Shown: positions 50,998-61,260 of the stretch, one piece after another
Numbering within the stretch: the stretch's first letter is position 1
Layout: each line of letters begins with the position of its first letter
Assembly: GCA_963751455.1 (NCBI GenBank)
Contig: CAVVUN010000015.1
Span: forward strand, 800,001-864,000
DNA: 64,000 nt
Direction of reading: 5' to 3'
Source: Nitrospirota bacterium
GTDB lineage: Bacteria > Nitrospirota > UBA9217
Program-made: the position numbers and the translations under genes
Notes under the pieces: model-generated
The model's input: the letters and a program-made list of their open reading frames with translations, nothing else
Databases searched by the model: none
Told to the model about the DNA's origin: nothing

Positions 50998-52075
50998 ATG
51001 ACAACACAACGTATTGTCCAGTCCCATCGTCCCCGTCTCCCTCCAGCAAATGACGGAGTAGGAGATTACGCCGTTCATTTAGCGCGACAGCTTAACAGGG
51101 AATTCGGCCTGGAAACTCGTTTTATTGTCTGCGATCCAACGTGGGAAGGTTCGGGTGAAATTCATGGTTTTCCCGTGCGACGACTTTCCAGGCATTCAGC
51201 GGCTTCGCTGAAGCGGCATTTGACGGCTAACCCGGCGCTGCTCCACTTCGTGAACTACGGCTATGAAAAGCGTGGCTGCCCTGTGTGGCTTTTGGAAGGA
51301 TTGCTGCAATGGAAACGTCGCGCGCCGGCGGCGCGGCTGGTCACGATGTTTCATGAATTGTACGCCTTTGGCCCTCTGTGGCGCAGTTCGTTCTGGCTCT
51401 CGCCCGTCCACCGGATGCTTGCCGCGCGCCTGTGCCGTTTGAGCGATGCAGGCGTCACCAGCATGAGGCGGTACGCCGACAGGCTTGCCGGATGGGATGA
51501 GACGAAGACCGGCGAAATACCGGCGTTGCCGGTTTTTTCCAATATCGGCGAGCCCGCTCACGTCCCCCCTCTGGCGGCGCGCAGGCGCAGGATGGTCGTT
51601 TTCGGCGGCAAGTGGCTGCGAACGCGGGCATATACCGTTTCTCTGGATAAGCTGAAAGCTGCATGCCGCATGTCGGACATTCAAGAGGTTGTTGATGTGG
51701 GGCCTGAGCTGGATTTCCGCCTGCCCGAGCTGGGTGTCCCGGTTGCGGCGTTGGGGAAAAGGGAAACCGGCGAAATCTCGCAGGTCATGTTGAATTCGCG
51801 GGCCGGCTTTATCGACTATCCGCCTGCCTACCTGGCCAAATCAACGGTCTTTGCATCCTATTGCGCTCACGGCCTGGCGCGCTGCTTCCCGGGACGGGGG
51901 AAGCAGCGTCTGACGGTATTTCTCCGGTCGTCATTTTCTCATTGCAGACGGCCAGGACAGCGGCATGTCCGGCGCGCTATTTCAGCAGATCGCCGATAAT
52001 GCCCAGACATGGTACGGAGCGCATTGCACTGCTACGCAGGCTCGCGTTTTTCTGAAAAAACTGGTTCCACAATAG
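50998..52075 (+). CDS. GT-B fold glycosyltransferase; frameshifts ~51880-51960
   Basis: DGVGDYA, YGYEKRGCP, MFHELY, PVFSNIGEP, AKSTVFASYCAHG. Confidence 0.75.
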
Positions 52076-52108
52076 TAACCGAATCACGGGCATCCGGAGA
52101 CGAAATCA

Positions 52109-52711
52109 ATGGCGCATCCGCATCAATTGGAGTTTATCGGGATTCTCGCGAAACATATGCCCCGGTTTTTCCGAAAGGCAAAGGTCCTGGAAATAGGTTC
52201 GCTGGATATCAATGGTTCGATCAGAGGGTTTTTCAACCAATGTGAATATATCGGAATCGATGTTGCCGAAGGGAAGTGCGTGGATGTGGTATGCCAAGGA
52301 CAGGAATATGACGCTTCAAATGATTCGTTCGATCATGTCGTCTCCTGTGAAACCCTGGAGCATAATCCATACTGGAAAGAAACATTCACGAATATGATTC
52401 GTCTTTGCCGTCCCGGCGGATTGGTTTCGATGTCCTGTGCGACTTCGGGAAGGGGTGAGCATGGTACGGCTCGCACGACTTCTCAGGATTCGCCGTTGAC
52501 CGTCAAGATGGGATGGGACTATTACCGAAACCTCGCGAAACGGGATTTCACTCGAGCAATGGATTTGCAGGCCCGTTTTTCATATTACCGGTTCTGGGAA
52601 AACTGGATTGCGTATGATCTTTATTTTGCAGGGATCAAGCGCGAATCTGAATTGACCGTGGAAAGCGCCGGGCAATGGGAAGAGACGAACGCGCAGTTGA
52701 AGAAGCAGTAA
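52109..52711 (+). CDS. Class I SAM methyltransferase (may extend to ~52809 via frameshift)
   Basis: VLEIGSLDINGS, YIGID, SCETLEHNPYW. Confidence 0.85.
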   Translation: MAHPHQLEFIGILAKHMPRFFRKAKVLEIGSLDINGSIRGFFNQCEYIGIDVAEGKCVDVVCQGQEYDASNDSFDHVVSCETLEHNPYWKETFTNMIRLCRPGGLVSMSCATSGRGEHGTARTTSQDSPLTVKMGWDYYRNLAKRDFTRAMDLQARFSYYRFWENWIAYDLYFAGIKRESELTVESAGQWEETNAQLKKQ

Positions 52712-52819
52712 CGCGATACAACGCACCAGGGAGATGCACCTTGAGGAAAATTCTGGCGTACACGCTGGGGGACGACGGTTTTAAACTCGCGCGAAAATAC
52801 AGGTCCTAGACTGACGACA

Positions 52820-53840
52820 ATGAAACCCGAACAGCACAAAAATGTGACGCCGGTCAGCGTTATTGTGAGCGCTTATGCGGAGGCCCCTTATCTTGAAGAT
52901 ACACTGGCAAGCGTTGCAGGCCAACTGCACGATGGAGATGAGTTGATTGTCTTTCATGACGGAGTGGAAGAATGGTCAACTGCCGCCGGTTACTGGCATG
53001 ACGTTCAGTATACAACGTACCGGGCGGGCCGCAAGTTAGGTCTGGAACGAAGCTGGTCGCATGCTCTGATGCTCGGAAAAAATGATTGGATTCTCTGGAT
53101 GCACCATGATGATCTGCTCAGGGACGGGGCTCTGAGTATGCTCAAAAAAGCGGTTTTCGAGCATCCGATGGCTACCCTTGCATGCGGCGGTTATATAACA
53201 TTCACTTCCGGCAAAGACGCTCCGGACTGGTATCAATACCCGCTCTCGGGGGGCCTGCGCGAAATTGATGCAAATCAGAATTTAGCAAAATACCTTTTCA
53301 GCTTTCAGCACATATGTTCAGGACTTTTGATGAAAAGGACCGCGCTTGAAGCCGTTCTTCCAATACCCGATGATTTTGGGTCGGCGTCCGACGTTTGGCT
53401 ATATCAACGTTTAGCTTTTCAGGGAAATGCCGTTTTCCTGCGTGATGTTACGGCAGCTTATAAGAGCTCATCCCGGCACGGAGACAAATCGCTGTTTATC
53501 AAATTGGAGGGGCAGGCGGGCCTGGAGCCGATCGAGGCGCAGGCAAATGACCGATTGCTGCAATCTTATACGGAAAAAACAGTTAAGCTCCGACTTTGTC
53601 GCAAGGGTTGCGGAGAAAGAACCCGGAGCTGTGATTATGGATATCATGCGAGCTCTTATCCGTGCACGAAGCGGTTTTGCGAGGCCTCTTGTGGAGGCAA
53701 TAGAGAAGGTTCGTCCGGAACTGCTCCGTACCCCGGGATGGAGGAGAATAAAAATCGCGTTGGCTCTGGGCCCGTGGTCGCTTGAAGTGACGGGGGCCGT
53801 CGTTGCCGTTTTGAATAAAGGTGAAGGTTCTAAACAATGA
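52820..53840 (+). CDS. Glycosyltransferase family 2; frameshifted after ~53470
   Basis: VSVIVSAY, YLEDTLASV, WMHHDDLL, DVWLY. Confidence 0.8.
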
Positions 53841-53951
53841 TATTTTCCGGTTGTAAATCACAACTGTCCGGACGTTTACTGACTGCATCAATTAATGGTC
53901 AGCGGACTGTCGGGATGGTATTTGCCGAGGAACCATAACCAGAGGGAAAAG

Positions 53952-54625
53952 ATGGAATACAAAGGACTTTTCCAGGGAACGGGTATCCGCGGACTTCATG
54001 ACGCAGTTATTGAGGCGCTTGCCTCATTTCTCACTGGCAATTCCAAAATACTGGATTGCGGCGCCGGAAGCGGAGCCTTTGCATTGAAATTAAAGGATCA
54101 GGGGTATGCCGTTGAAGTTATGGAATTAGACGGGGCTTTATTCAAGCCTAAGGAGATTACCTGTTATATTGCGGATTTTAACTACAATTTTTCAGATTTG
54201 CCGGATAAAAAATACGATATCATTACGTCTATCGAGGTTATTGAACATTTGGAAAATCCAAGACACCTGCTCAGGGAATGCTGCAAGCTGCTGAAGCCGG
54301 AAGGCAAACTGCTTATTACCACACCGAACATCGAATCCATACCGGGGAGGCTGCGTTTCCTGTTAAAGGGTAATTTCAGGTTCTTTGATGAAGACCCGGC
54401 TAGGAATGAACCTACACACATAACCCCTGTTCAATCTGAAATGTTGAAACGCGCCGCTTTTGATACGGGCTATGAACTTATATGTCACAAAGTATATCCT
54501 GAAAAATATTTTGAGAACGCAAGAAGAATAGTCACGCATATCTCGCGGATGATCGGCCCCTGCTCCGCGGCGTCAAATACGGCGACAGGCATATATTTAT
54601 TTTTAAAAAGGTTTCGAAAGCATGA
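53952..54625 (+). CDS. Class I SAM methyltransferase (artefactually fused to the next gene in the ORF track)
   Basis: ILDCGAGSG, IEVIEHLENP, ITTPN; likely stop TGA 54623-54625 in a shifted frame. Confidence 0.82.
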
Positions 54626-55653
54626 GATCCTCATGTATTCCCCCGCATTTTATCCCGGCATCGGCGGCCTGGAAAACGTCGCGGCAATGGTGGCGGAGGG
54701 GTTGACCGAACTGGGGTGTCAGGTTACGGTGGTTGCAATGACGTCAGGCCTGGGCGATGAGGCGCGCTTTCCTTATACCGTGGTCCGGCGGCCGGGGCCG
54801 CTGCACCTCCTTCGCCTTGTGCAATGGTGCGACATTTTTTTTCACCATAACGTCAGCCTCAAGGGTATCTGGCCTTTGCTGTTCATCAAACGTCCCTGGG
54901 TGGTGGCCCATCATGGCTGGTATTCCCGCAGCAACGGCGCTATAGGCTGGCGGGACCTGTTAAAGCGCCGGGCCACCCGCTTCGCGACGAACATTGCCGT
55001 AAGCATGGCCGTTGCCGATCATCTCGGCGGCGTGGCTGCCGCTGTTATCCCGAATCCGTACAACGACGCTCTTTTCCGGGAAATACCTTCAATCAGCCGG
55101 GACCGCGAACTGGTCTTTTTAGGCAGGCTGGTCTCGGATAAAGGCTGCGACCTGCTGCTGGAGTCCCTGGTGATGCTGAGACAAGAGGGGTTGACGCCGC
55201 ACCTTACCATAATAGGCACAGGGCCGGAAGAAACCCTCTTGCGGGCTTGTGTGGACCGCCTCGGATTGGAGCGCCAGGTCAGCTTTGCGGGAACATTGGC
55301 AGGGGAGGAACTCGTAACGCGTTTGAATCACCACCAGCTCCTGGTGACGCCATCCCGCTGGAACGAGCCGTTCGGTATTGTGGCGCTTGAGGGTATTGCC
55401 TGCGGCTGTTTGATCGTTGCCTCTTCCGGCGGCGGCCTTCCCGAAGCCGTCGGCCCTTGCGGCTTGACCTTTTCCAACGGGGATGCCCGCGCTCTGGCGG
55501 ACCGTATAGCAGACGTTCTGCGGCGCCCCGAACGCAGGGCCGTGTACTTGCAGCGCCCCCGCGCACCTGTCCCGGCACCGGCGCGCGCATGTTGCACGCG
55601 CCTACCACGAGGTGCTCGAACGGGTGCTTGCCGGCAAGAGGCTTCAGTGCTAG
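54622..55653 (+). CDS. Glycosyltransferase family 4; frameshifts at start and near 55550
   Basis: ILMYSPAFYPGIGGLE, FLGRLVSDKG, PSRWNEPFGIVALEG. Confidence 0.88.
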
Positions 55654-56926
55654 AGCGTCAAGCCCTTATCGCTTTTTTTGTCTACCTGGTCCTCAAAGGG
55701 GCCCTGCGCAAATGGCTCTTCCCGTCGTTTTCAAACGAACTCTTTCTCGTGAAAGATATTTTGCTCCTGGTCGCTGTTTTCGGCTGGATGGGGAAGAGCA
55801 TCATCATCCGCGACAGAGTCGCTTCGGCCGTCACTCCGTGGAAGCCCTGCTGCTGTGGGGATGGGCGCTCTTTTTGGGATTCTGTTTGATCAGCGGTTTT
55901 TCCTTTACGGCCCTTGTGGGGCTGCGTTACTACCTGGTAATGCTGCCGCTCGCGATCATTCTGCCGCACGTCGTCGATGACGTGCCGATTTGAATCGCCT
56001 GGCCGGACGCTACTGCTGGCTGGCCTTTCCTGTTGCCTGCTGGGTATTGCACAGTTCTTCAGCCCGCCGGAGGCCTTTATCAACCGTTATGCCTGGAGCA
56101 ATCCCTCAATGGGGGTGGCTGGTTTGGGGCTGAACAAGACGCGAATAACAGGCACTTTTTCCTACATTGCGCCTTATGCCGTGTACCTGCAGTTCGTGTT
56201 TCTGGCCGGTCTTGCCCTGTTCAAGCTCTCGGGCCGCGGAAGGTCGCGGATTTTGCTCGGGGCGGGAACCGCCCTGGTGTTCGTGAACATCGTCATGACC
56301 GGGTCGAGACCCCTTTTCTGCTTTCGTCGGTGCTGGCCGTCCCTTTTTTTTTGAGTGCTTTAAAAGAGGCATCGATGAAAAAGGGACAAGTCTTTTCCTT
56401 ATCAGCATCTTTTCTGGTGATCGGCCTGCTTCTCTTTCAGTTCGGCAATGTTTTTTCCCTGCTGTCGCAACGGAACATCGAGGCTCGTGATACTGATAAG
56501 AGAGTAACCGGGGCGCTGTATACGCCGCTGCATACTCTGAAAAATGCCGAACTCGCAGGGGCGGGAATCGGGACTACGTTCATGGGGGTGCGCGAAATCA
56601 GTGGCGAATCGGAAGAGGCCGGCTTTGATGAGGTAACGATTGACCGCATAGGAGTGGAAACCGGCATTTTTGGATACTTGTTTGTGTTGATCTTCAAGCT
56701 GGTCTTTCTCGGAAAAGCCTGGACCCTGTACCGCGGGGCATTTGACCGGTCCGTTAAAACATGGGCGCTTGCCGTCTTCTGTTACCAGTTGACTTCCCTG
56801 TGGAGCGTGCCCGTGTACAATTCCACGGCCGCGGCCCTTTATTTTGCAAGCCTTGGTCTTTATGTTCTGCTGCGGAATGAGCAGCAGAAGCAGGTCCAGG
56901 CGCTCACTCACGCTTATCCCCCGTAG
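55647..56926 (+). CDS. Putative Wzy-type polysaccharide polymerase; several frameshifts
   Basis: Multi-TM; GALRKWLFP, RITGTFSYI, TGSR, GAGIG, ETGIFG across four ORF pieces. Confidence 0.7.
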
Positions 56927-56934
56927 GGACACCG

Positions 56935-58117
56935 ATGCCTGTCGCGGTCATTCACCCGCAAGTGCAGCACTCACATCAAGCGGCATGGGCGCTTGCCGAA
57001 GCAGGTCTTCTGGAACGGGATCACACCTCATGTTTTTTTGAACCCGCGCGCTGCGTTTTCTGCCGCCCTTTTTGCGGCGCGAATTCGGCAAGCGTTATCA
57101 CCCCGGTACTCCCTTGTTGCGGGTGGCGACCTTTCCCTGCCCGGATATTGCCTGGAAACTGGCGGGCGCATTGGCCGGCCCCGCATTGCATGAGCGGCTT
57201 TATTACTACAGCGTCTGGCGCTTCGATGCTCATATGGCGCGTCGGGTGGCCCGCTCTCCGGCCCGCATCGTTACGGGGTTTGAGAATTCGTGCCGGGACA
57301 TTTTCAGGGCGGCCGGAAAAGCCGGAAAATTTGCGTGCTCGATGCAGCTTCCGTCCATTACCTGGCCCAGAAGGAAGTGTATATGCCGCCTTATTCGGCG
57401 GCCTTTCGGGACAAGATAAACACGAGGAAGGAGGAGGAGATACGGCTTGCCGACCGCATCCTTACACTTTCCGGTTATGCGAAGGAAACCTATGTCCGTT
57501 CCTGCATCCCGGAGCATAAGATTACGGTGATCCCGCCTGGCGTTGACGGGCGCAGATTTGCCATGGAAAAGAAGAAGAGGACGAGAAACTCTTTTAAGTA
57601 TCTATTTGTCGGAAACATAAAGCCGGCCAAGGGGGTTGATATTCTTTTGAACGCTTTTAACCGTATAGAAGCGCCGGGCAAGAAGCTGACCATCATAGGG
57701 GCCATGGGTGATGCCGCTCACCTGCTCGGAAACAGACAAAATAATATTGCCGTTAAGGGATATGTGCCGCATGAGAAACTCCCGGAAGAGTATAACGACG
57801 CGGACATTTTCATTCTCCCTTCCAGGCTCGACGGTTTCGGGCTTGTCGTGACCGAAGCAATGTCAACGGCCACTCCGGTGATCGTGTCCTCACATGTCGG
57901 GGCGAAAGATCTGGTCAATGACGGCGTCAGCGGCTGGGTGTTTGAGTCCGGCGATCATGAGGCGCTTGCGGATGCAATGCAAAAAGCTTACGACAACAGG
58001 GACAGGCTGGTTTCAATGGGTGAAAAGGCAAGGGAGGCCGTCAGCCTGTATACCTGGGAAGCATACAGAGAGAATATCCGGAGGTTTTATTCAAGCCTTT
58101 TCGAAACGACGCAATGA
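56935..58117 (+). CDS. Glycosyltransferase family 4; frameshifted ~57030-57330
   Basis: HPQVQHS N-terminus; FVGNIKPAKG, PSRLDGFGLVVTEAM. Confidence 0.85.
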
Positions 58118-59307
58118 GAATCCTTCACGTCATCCGTGACCTTTCCCCGGCAACCGGCGGCCCGGTAACTGCCGTTCTGGGCATGGCCGCGGCAGAGTCA
58201 ACTCTGGGGAACGCGGTAACAATCATTACTACGGACCATGGTCTGGATGCTTTACCGCGGGAACACGGCGTCGGATTCAAAGTATTTCCCTGCCGGCTGC
58301 ACGGCTGGCGCTGGTCGCGGGAGTTGTCTCAGGGATTGCCGGTATTCATCAGGAATTCCGACATCGTCCATATCCACACAATCTGGGAGCACCCGACGTG
58401 GGTTGCGGCAAAAATCTGCGAAAAGCTTGAAAAGCCCTATGTCCTCCGTCCCTGCGGGATGCTGGACAAATGGTCTCTTTCCCGGAGCGCCTGGAAGAAA
58501 AAGGCTTATTTACATTTACTGGCGGCTTCCGTCATACGCCGCGCCGCCGCGCTGCACTTCACGTCGGAAGAAGAACTGAATAATTCCCTTATCATGGGAA
58601 GCGAAGACAGGGGTTTTGTTATACCGAACGGCCTGCCATTGTCGATTTTTCAAGACATCCCGGGACCACATCTTTTTCGCCGGCGCTTTCCGGAGCTGGA
58701 AGACAAACGGATCGTGCTGTTCCTGGGCCGGCTCCATTACAAAAAACAGCCTGAGTCGGCAATAAAGGCGTTTCACAAAGTCCGCGGTATTGATGGACGG
58801 CTGGTCCTTGTCCTGGCCGGTCCGGCTGAGCCGGCATATCTTGCTGAACTGCGGGCGCTAGTGAGGGACCTGCGCGTGTCGGACCGGGTTGTCTTCACCG
58901 GCTTGCTGCAAGGCGCCGCAATACGCGAAGCCTTCCATGCCGCCGAATTGTTCGTGCTTCCCAGCCTGCAGGAAAATTTCGGGATAGCCGTTGCGGAAGC
59001 CATGGCCGCCGGCTGCCCGGTCATTGTCAGCGAGCCGGTCAACCTGTCATCGGAAATACGTTCCGCCGATGCGGGTGTAGTCTGCAAGTCCGACGTCAAC
59101 TCTATCGCCGCCGCAATGGAGCAGCTGATAAAAGACGATTCGCTTCGAGCATTGATGGGTGAAAACGGCCGCTGCCTTGTATCCGGCAAATTCATGTGGC
59201 CGCAGGCAGCCGGCAGGCTGCTTCACGTTTATGAAGACGTGATTGCATCGAATCGGACCAGTCCGGACTGGAGAGGTAAGTTTTCACCCCGCGAGCTTAG
59301 TAACTGA
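58114..59307 (+). CDS. Glycosyltransferase family 4
   Basis: MRILHVI...GGP, FLGRLHYKK, PSLQENFGIAVAEAM. Confidence 0.92.
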   Translation: MRILHVIRDLSPATGGPVTAVLGMAAAESTLGNAVTIITTDHGLDALPREHGVGFKVFPCRLHGWRWSRELSQGLPVFIRNSDIVHIHTIWEHPTWVAAKICEKLEKPYVLRPCGMLDKWSLSRSAWKKKAYLHLLAASVIRRAAALHFTSEEELNNSLIMGSEDRGFVIPNGLPLSIFQDIPGPHLFRRRFPELEDKRIVLFLGRLHYKKQPESAIKAFHKVRGIDGRLVLVLAGPAEPAYLAELRALVRDLRVSDRVVFTGLLQGAAIREAFHAAELFVLPSLQENFGIAVAEAMAAGCPVIVSEPVNLSSEIRSADAGVVCKSDVNSIAAAMEQLIKDDSLRALMGENGRCLVSGKFMWPQAAGRLLHVYEDVIASNRTSPDWRGKFSPRELSN

Positions 59308-59350
59308 GGAATCAAATTCTTCTTAAAATGGAAAGAAAAAAGTCAACTTT

Positions 59351-59636
59351 TTTGACGCTGATTTACACTGATTACCTATGAACCAAGAAAAGGCATTTGG
59401 GACGCAGATAAAATCGGATAAACGCGGATAAAGACAGACAAAAAAATACTTCCGATGCTGAAAAAAGACACACCTTTGTGGTGAATACTCTTTCCGCCTG
59501 AATGTTTGGTTTTATCTGCGAAAATCTGCGGCCAACTACCGTTTTTAGGATGAAGAATCATGATGTTTCATCAGGTTTAATCCGCCTTTATCCGTGTCAA
59601 AGTCTTCGACTTGGTTGTTTTTTTGTCCGGGTCAGG
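59351..59636. repeat. Outer palindromic element (10-bp units) interrupted by a MITE, ending in a TTGTCCGGGTCAGG end motif
   Basis: TTTGACGCTGATTTACACTGATT ... ATCAGGTTTAATCCGCCTTTATCCGTGTCAAA; end motif at ~59623-59636. Confidence 0.7.
59383..59549. mobile_element. 167-bp MITE of the CC..AGG type with 5-bp duplication ATGAA
   Basis: CCAAGAAAAGGCATTTGG ... CCAACTACCGTTTTTAGG; ATGAA at 59378-59382 and 59550-59554; internal CGCAGAT/CGCGGAT palindrome. Confidence 0.82.
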
Positions 59637-59652
59637 TGAAAAAAAGACTCCC

Positions 59653-60207
59653 ATGCCGGTCTATCTTTCCCGCTTCGATAATTCCCGGTATGACCCCGGC
59701 CGGGGCTTCCTGACGCGAGCTCTGTGGCATTTTATGAATGCCTTGTTCCTGCAAAACCCGCTCAATCCATCCTCGAAACTCAAGATCATCCTCCTCCGCT
59801 TTTTCGGCGCTCAAATAGGCGAGGGGGTCGTTCTCAAGCCGGGCATCAATGTCAAATACCCGTGGAACCTGCAGATCGGCAGTTACTCCTGGATCGGCGA
59901 AAACGCCTGGCTCGATTCCCTGGCGCCTATAAACATCGGCAGCAACGTCTGTATCTCCCAGGGAGCATACGTTTGCACCGGCAATCATGACTGGGCCGAC
60001 CCGGCCTTCGGCCTGATCGTCGAGCCTGTCACCATCGAGGACGGCGCCTGGGTCGGGGCGAGGGCAACAGTACTGCCGGGGGTGACCATGGCGATTCAAT
60101 CCGTCATCGCCGCCGGCTCGGTCATAAGCAAGGATACCTGGCCGTATCAAATTTACTCCGGCAATCCGGCTGTTGCGGTAAAAACGCGAAAAATCAGACA
60201 GGCCTGA
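59653..60207 (+). CDS. wcaF: WcaF-family polysaccharide acetyltransferase
   Basis: LRFFGAQIG, VKYPWNL.IG..SWIGE, ISQGAYVCTGNHD hexapeptide repeats. Confidence 0.9.
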   Translation: MPVYLSRFDNSRYDPGRGFLTRALWHFMNALFLQNPLNPSSKLKIILLRFFGAQIGEGVVLKPGINVKYPWNLQIGSYSWIGENAWLDSLAPINIGSNVCISQGAYVCTGNHDWADPAFGLIVEPVTIEDGAWVGARATVLPGVTMAIQSVIAAGSVISKDTWPYQIYSGNPAVAVKTRKIRQA

Positions 60208-60208
60208 C

Positions 60209-61074
60209 ATGCCCCCTAGCATTTCAATCATAACAGCGGTCCGCAACGGCGCCGCGACTATCAAAGATTGTCTTGAATGCGTTCAATCGCAAATATATCC
60301 CGCTGAACATATCATCGTGAACGGAGCATCTACCGACAACACACTCGAAATAATCGATCGCTGCCGGTCAGGCGTTGCCAAAATTGTGTCCGAACCCGAC
60401 GACGGCATCTATGACGCCATGAACAAGGGAATCCGTCTTGCCGATGGTGAGATAATCGGCATTCTCAACGCCGACGACTTCTATGCCTCTCCCGAAGTGG
60501 CGGCCAGGGTCGTCGCGGCTTTTTCCGATAAGAGTATCGACTCATGCTACGGCGATCTGGTGTATGTGGCCGAAAAACACGGCAATGGGCGCTTTGCGAG
60601 GGGGGGGCGGCTCACGGTTCAACGCGGGAGGCGCGGCGTGATGCGAAACCCGGGGGAGAAGGATTGAGGGTCGTACGGTACTGGAAATCGGGAACGTTTC
60701 ATTCGGACAAGTTTTACAGCGGCTGGATGCCGCCGCATCCGACTTTCTTTGTTCGGAGAAGCGTATACGAGAAATACGGCGCCTTCAACATTGCCCTCGG
60801 CTCGGCGGCAGACTACGAGCTGATGCTGAGATTTTTGGTAAAACACCGGATTTCGGCTGCCTACATACCGGAGGTGCTCGTGAAGATGCGGGTCGGCGGG
60901 GTAAGCAACGCCTCGCTGAAGAACAGACTCACGGCGAATCGCATGGACCGCCGGGCCTGGGAGGTGAACGGGCTCAAGCCTTATCCGTGGACCCTGCTCA
61001 TGAAACCTCTTCGCAAACTTCCGCAATATTTTCATAAACCGGACAGGCCCCCGACTGTGTCGGGACAAGCCTGA
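60209..61074 (+). CDS. Glycosyltransferase family 2 (WcaE-like) with internal insertion/frameshift
   Basis: ISIITAV, SEPDDGIYDAMNKGI, LNADD, YGDLVYV | VVRYWKSG, GWMPPHPTFF, AADYELMLR. Confidence 0.88.
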
Positions 61075-61230
61075 ACCGAAAGTTTGAACCGCGAAGATCG
61101 CGAAAACCACATGCAATCATAAAAGTAAAATCTACCACGGAGACACTGAGACACGGAGAAAGTTTAATATGAAAACAAAGAGTTTTTCCCCCGTGCCCTC
61201 CGTGACTCCGTGATTAAATCTGCTTTTTCA
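61062..61230. repeat. Composite: GGACAAGCC.GAACC end motif, solo CGCGAAG arm, and CACGGAG-unit palindrome (61133-61215)
   Basis: ACCACGGAGACACTGAGACACGGAGAA ... TTCCCCCGTGCCCTCCGTGACTCCGTGAT. Confidence 0.8.
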
Positions 61231-61260
61231 GATCATCCTGTATCAGATAAAGGAGAAATA

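Noticed and set aside
53895-55889. 664-aa methyltransferase-GT4-membrane fusion ORF
   Set aside because: Separate stops and starts are visible in shifted frames (TGA 54623, ATG 54622, TAG 55651, GTG 55647); indel artefact.
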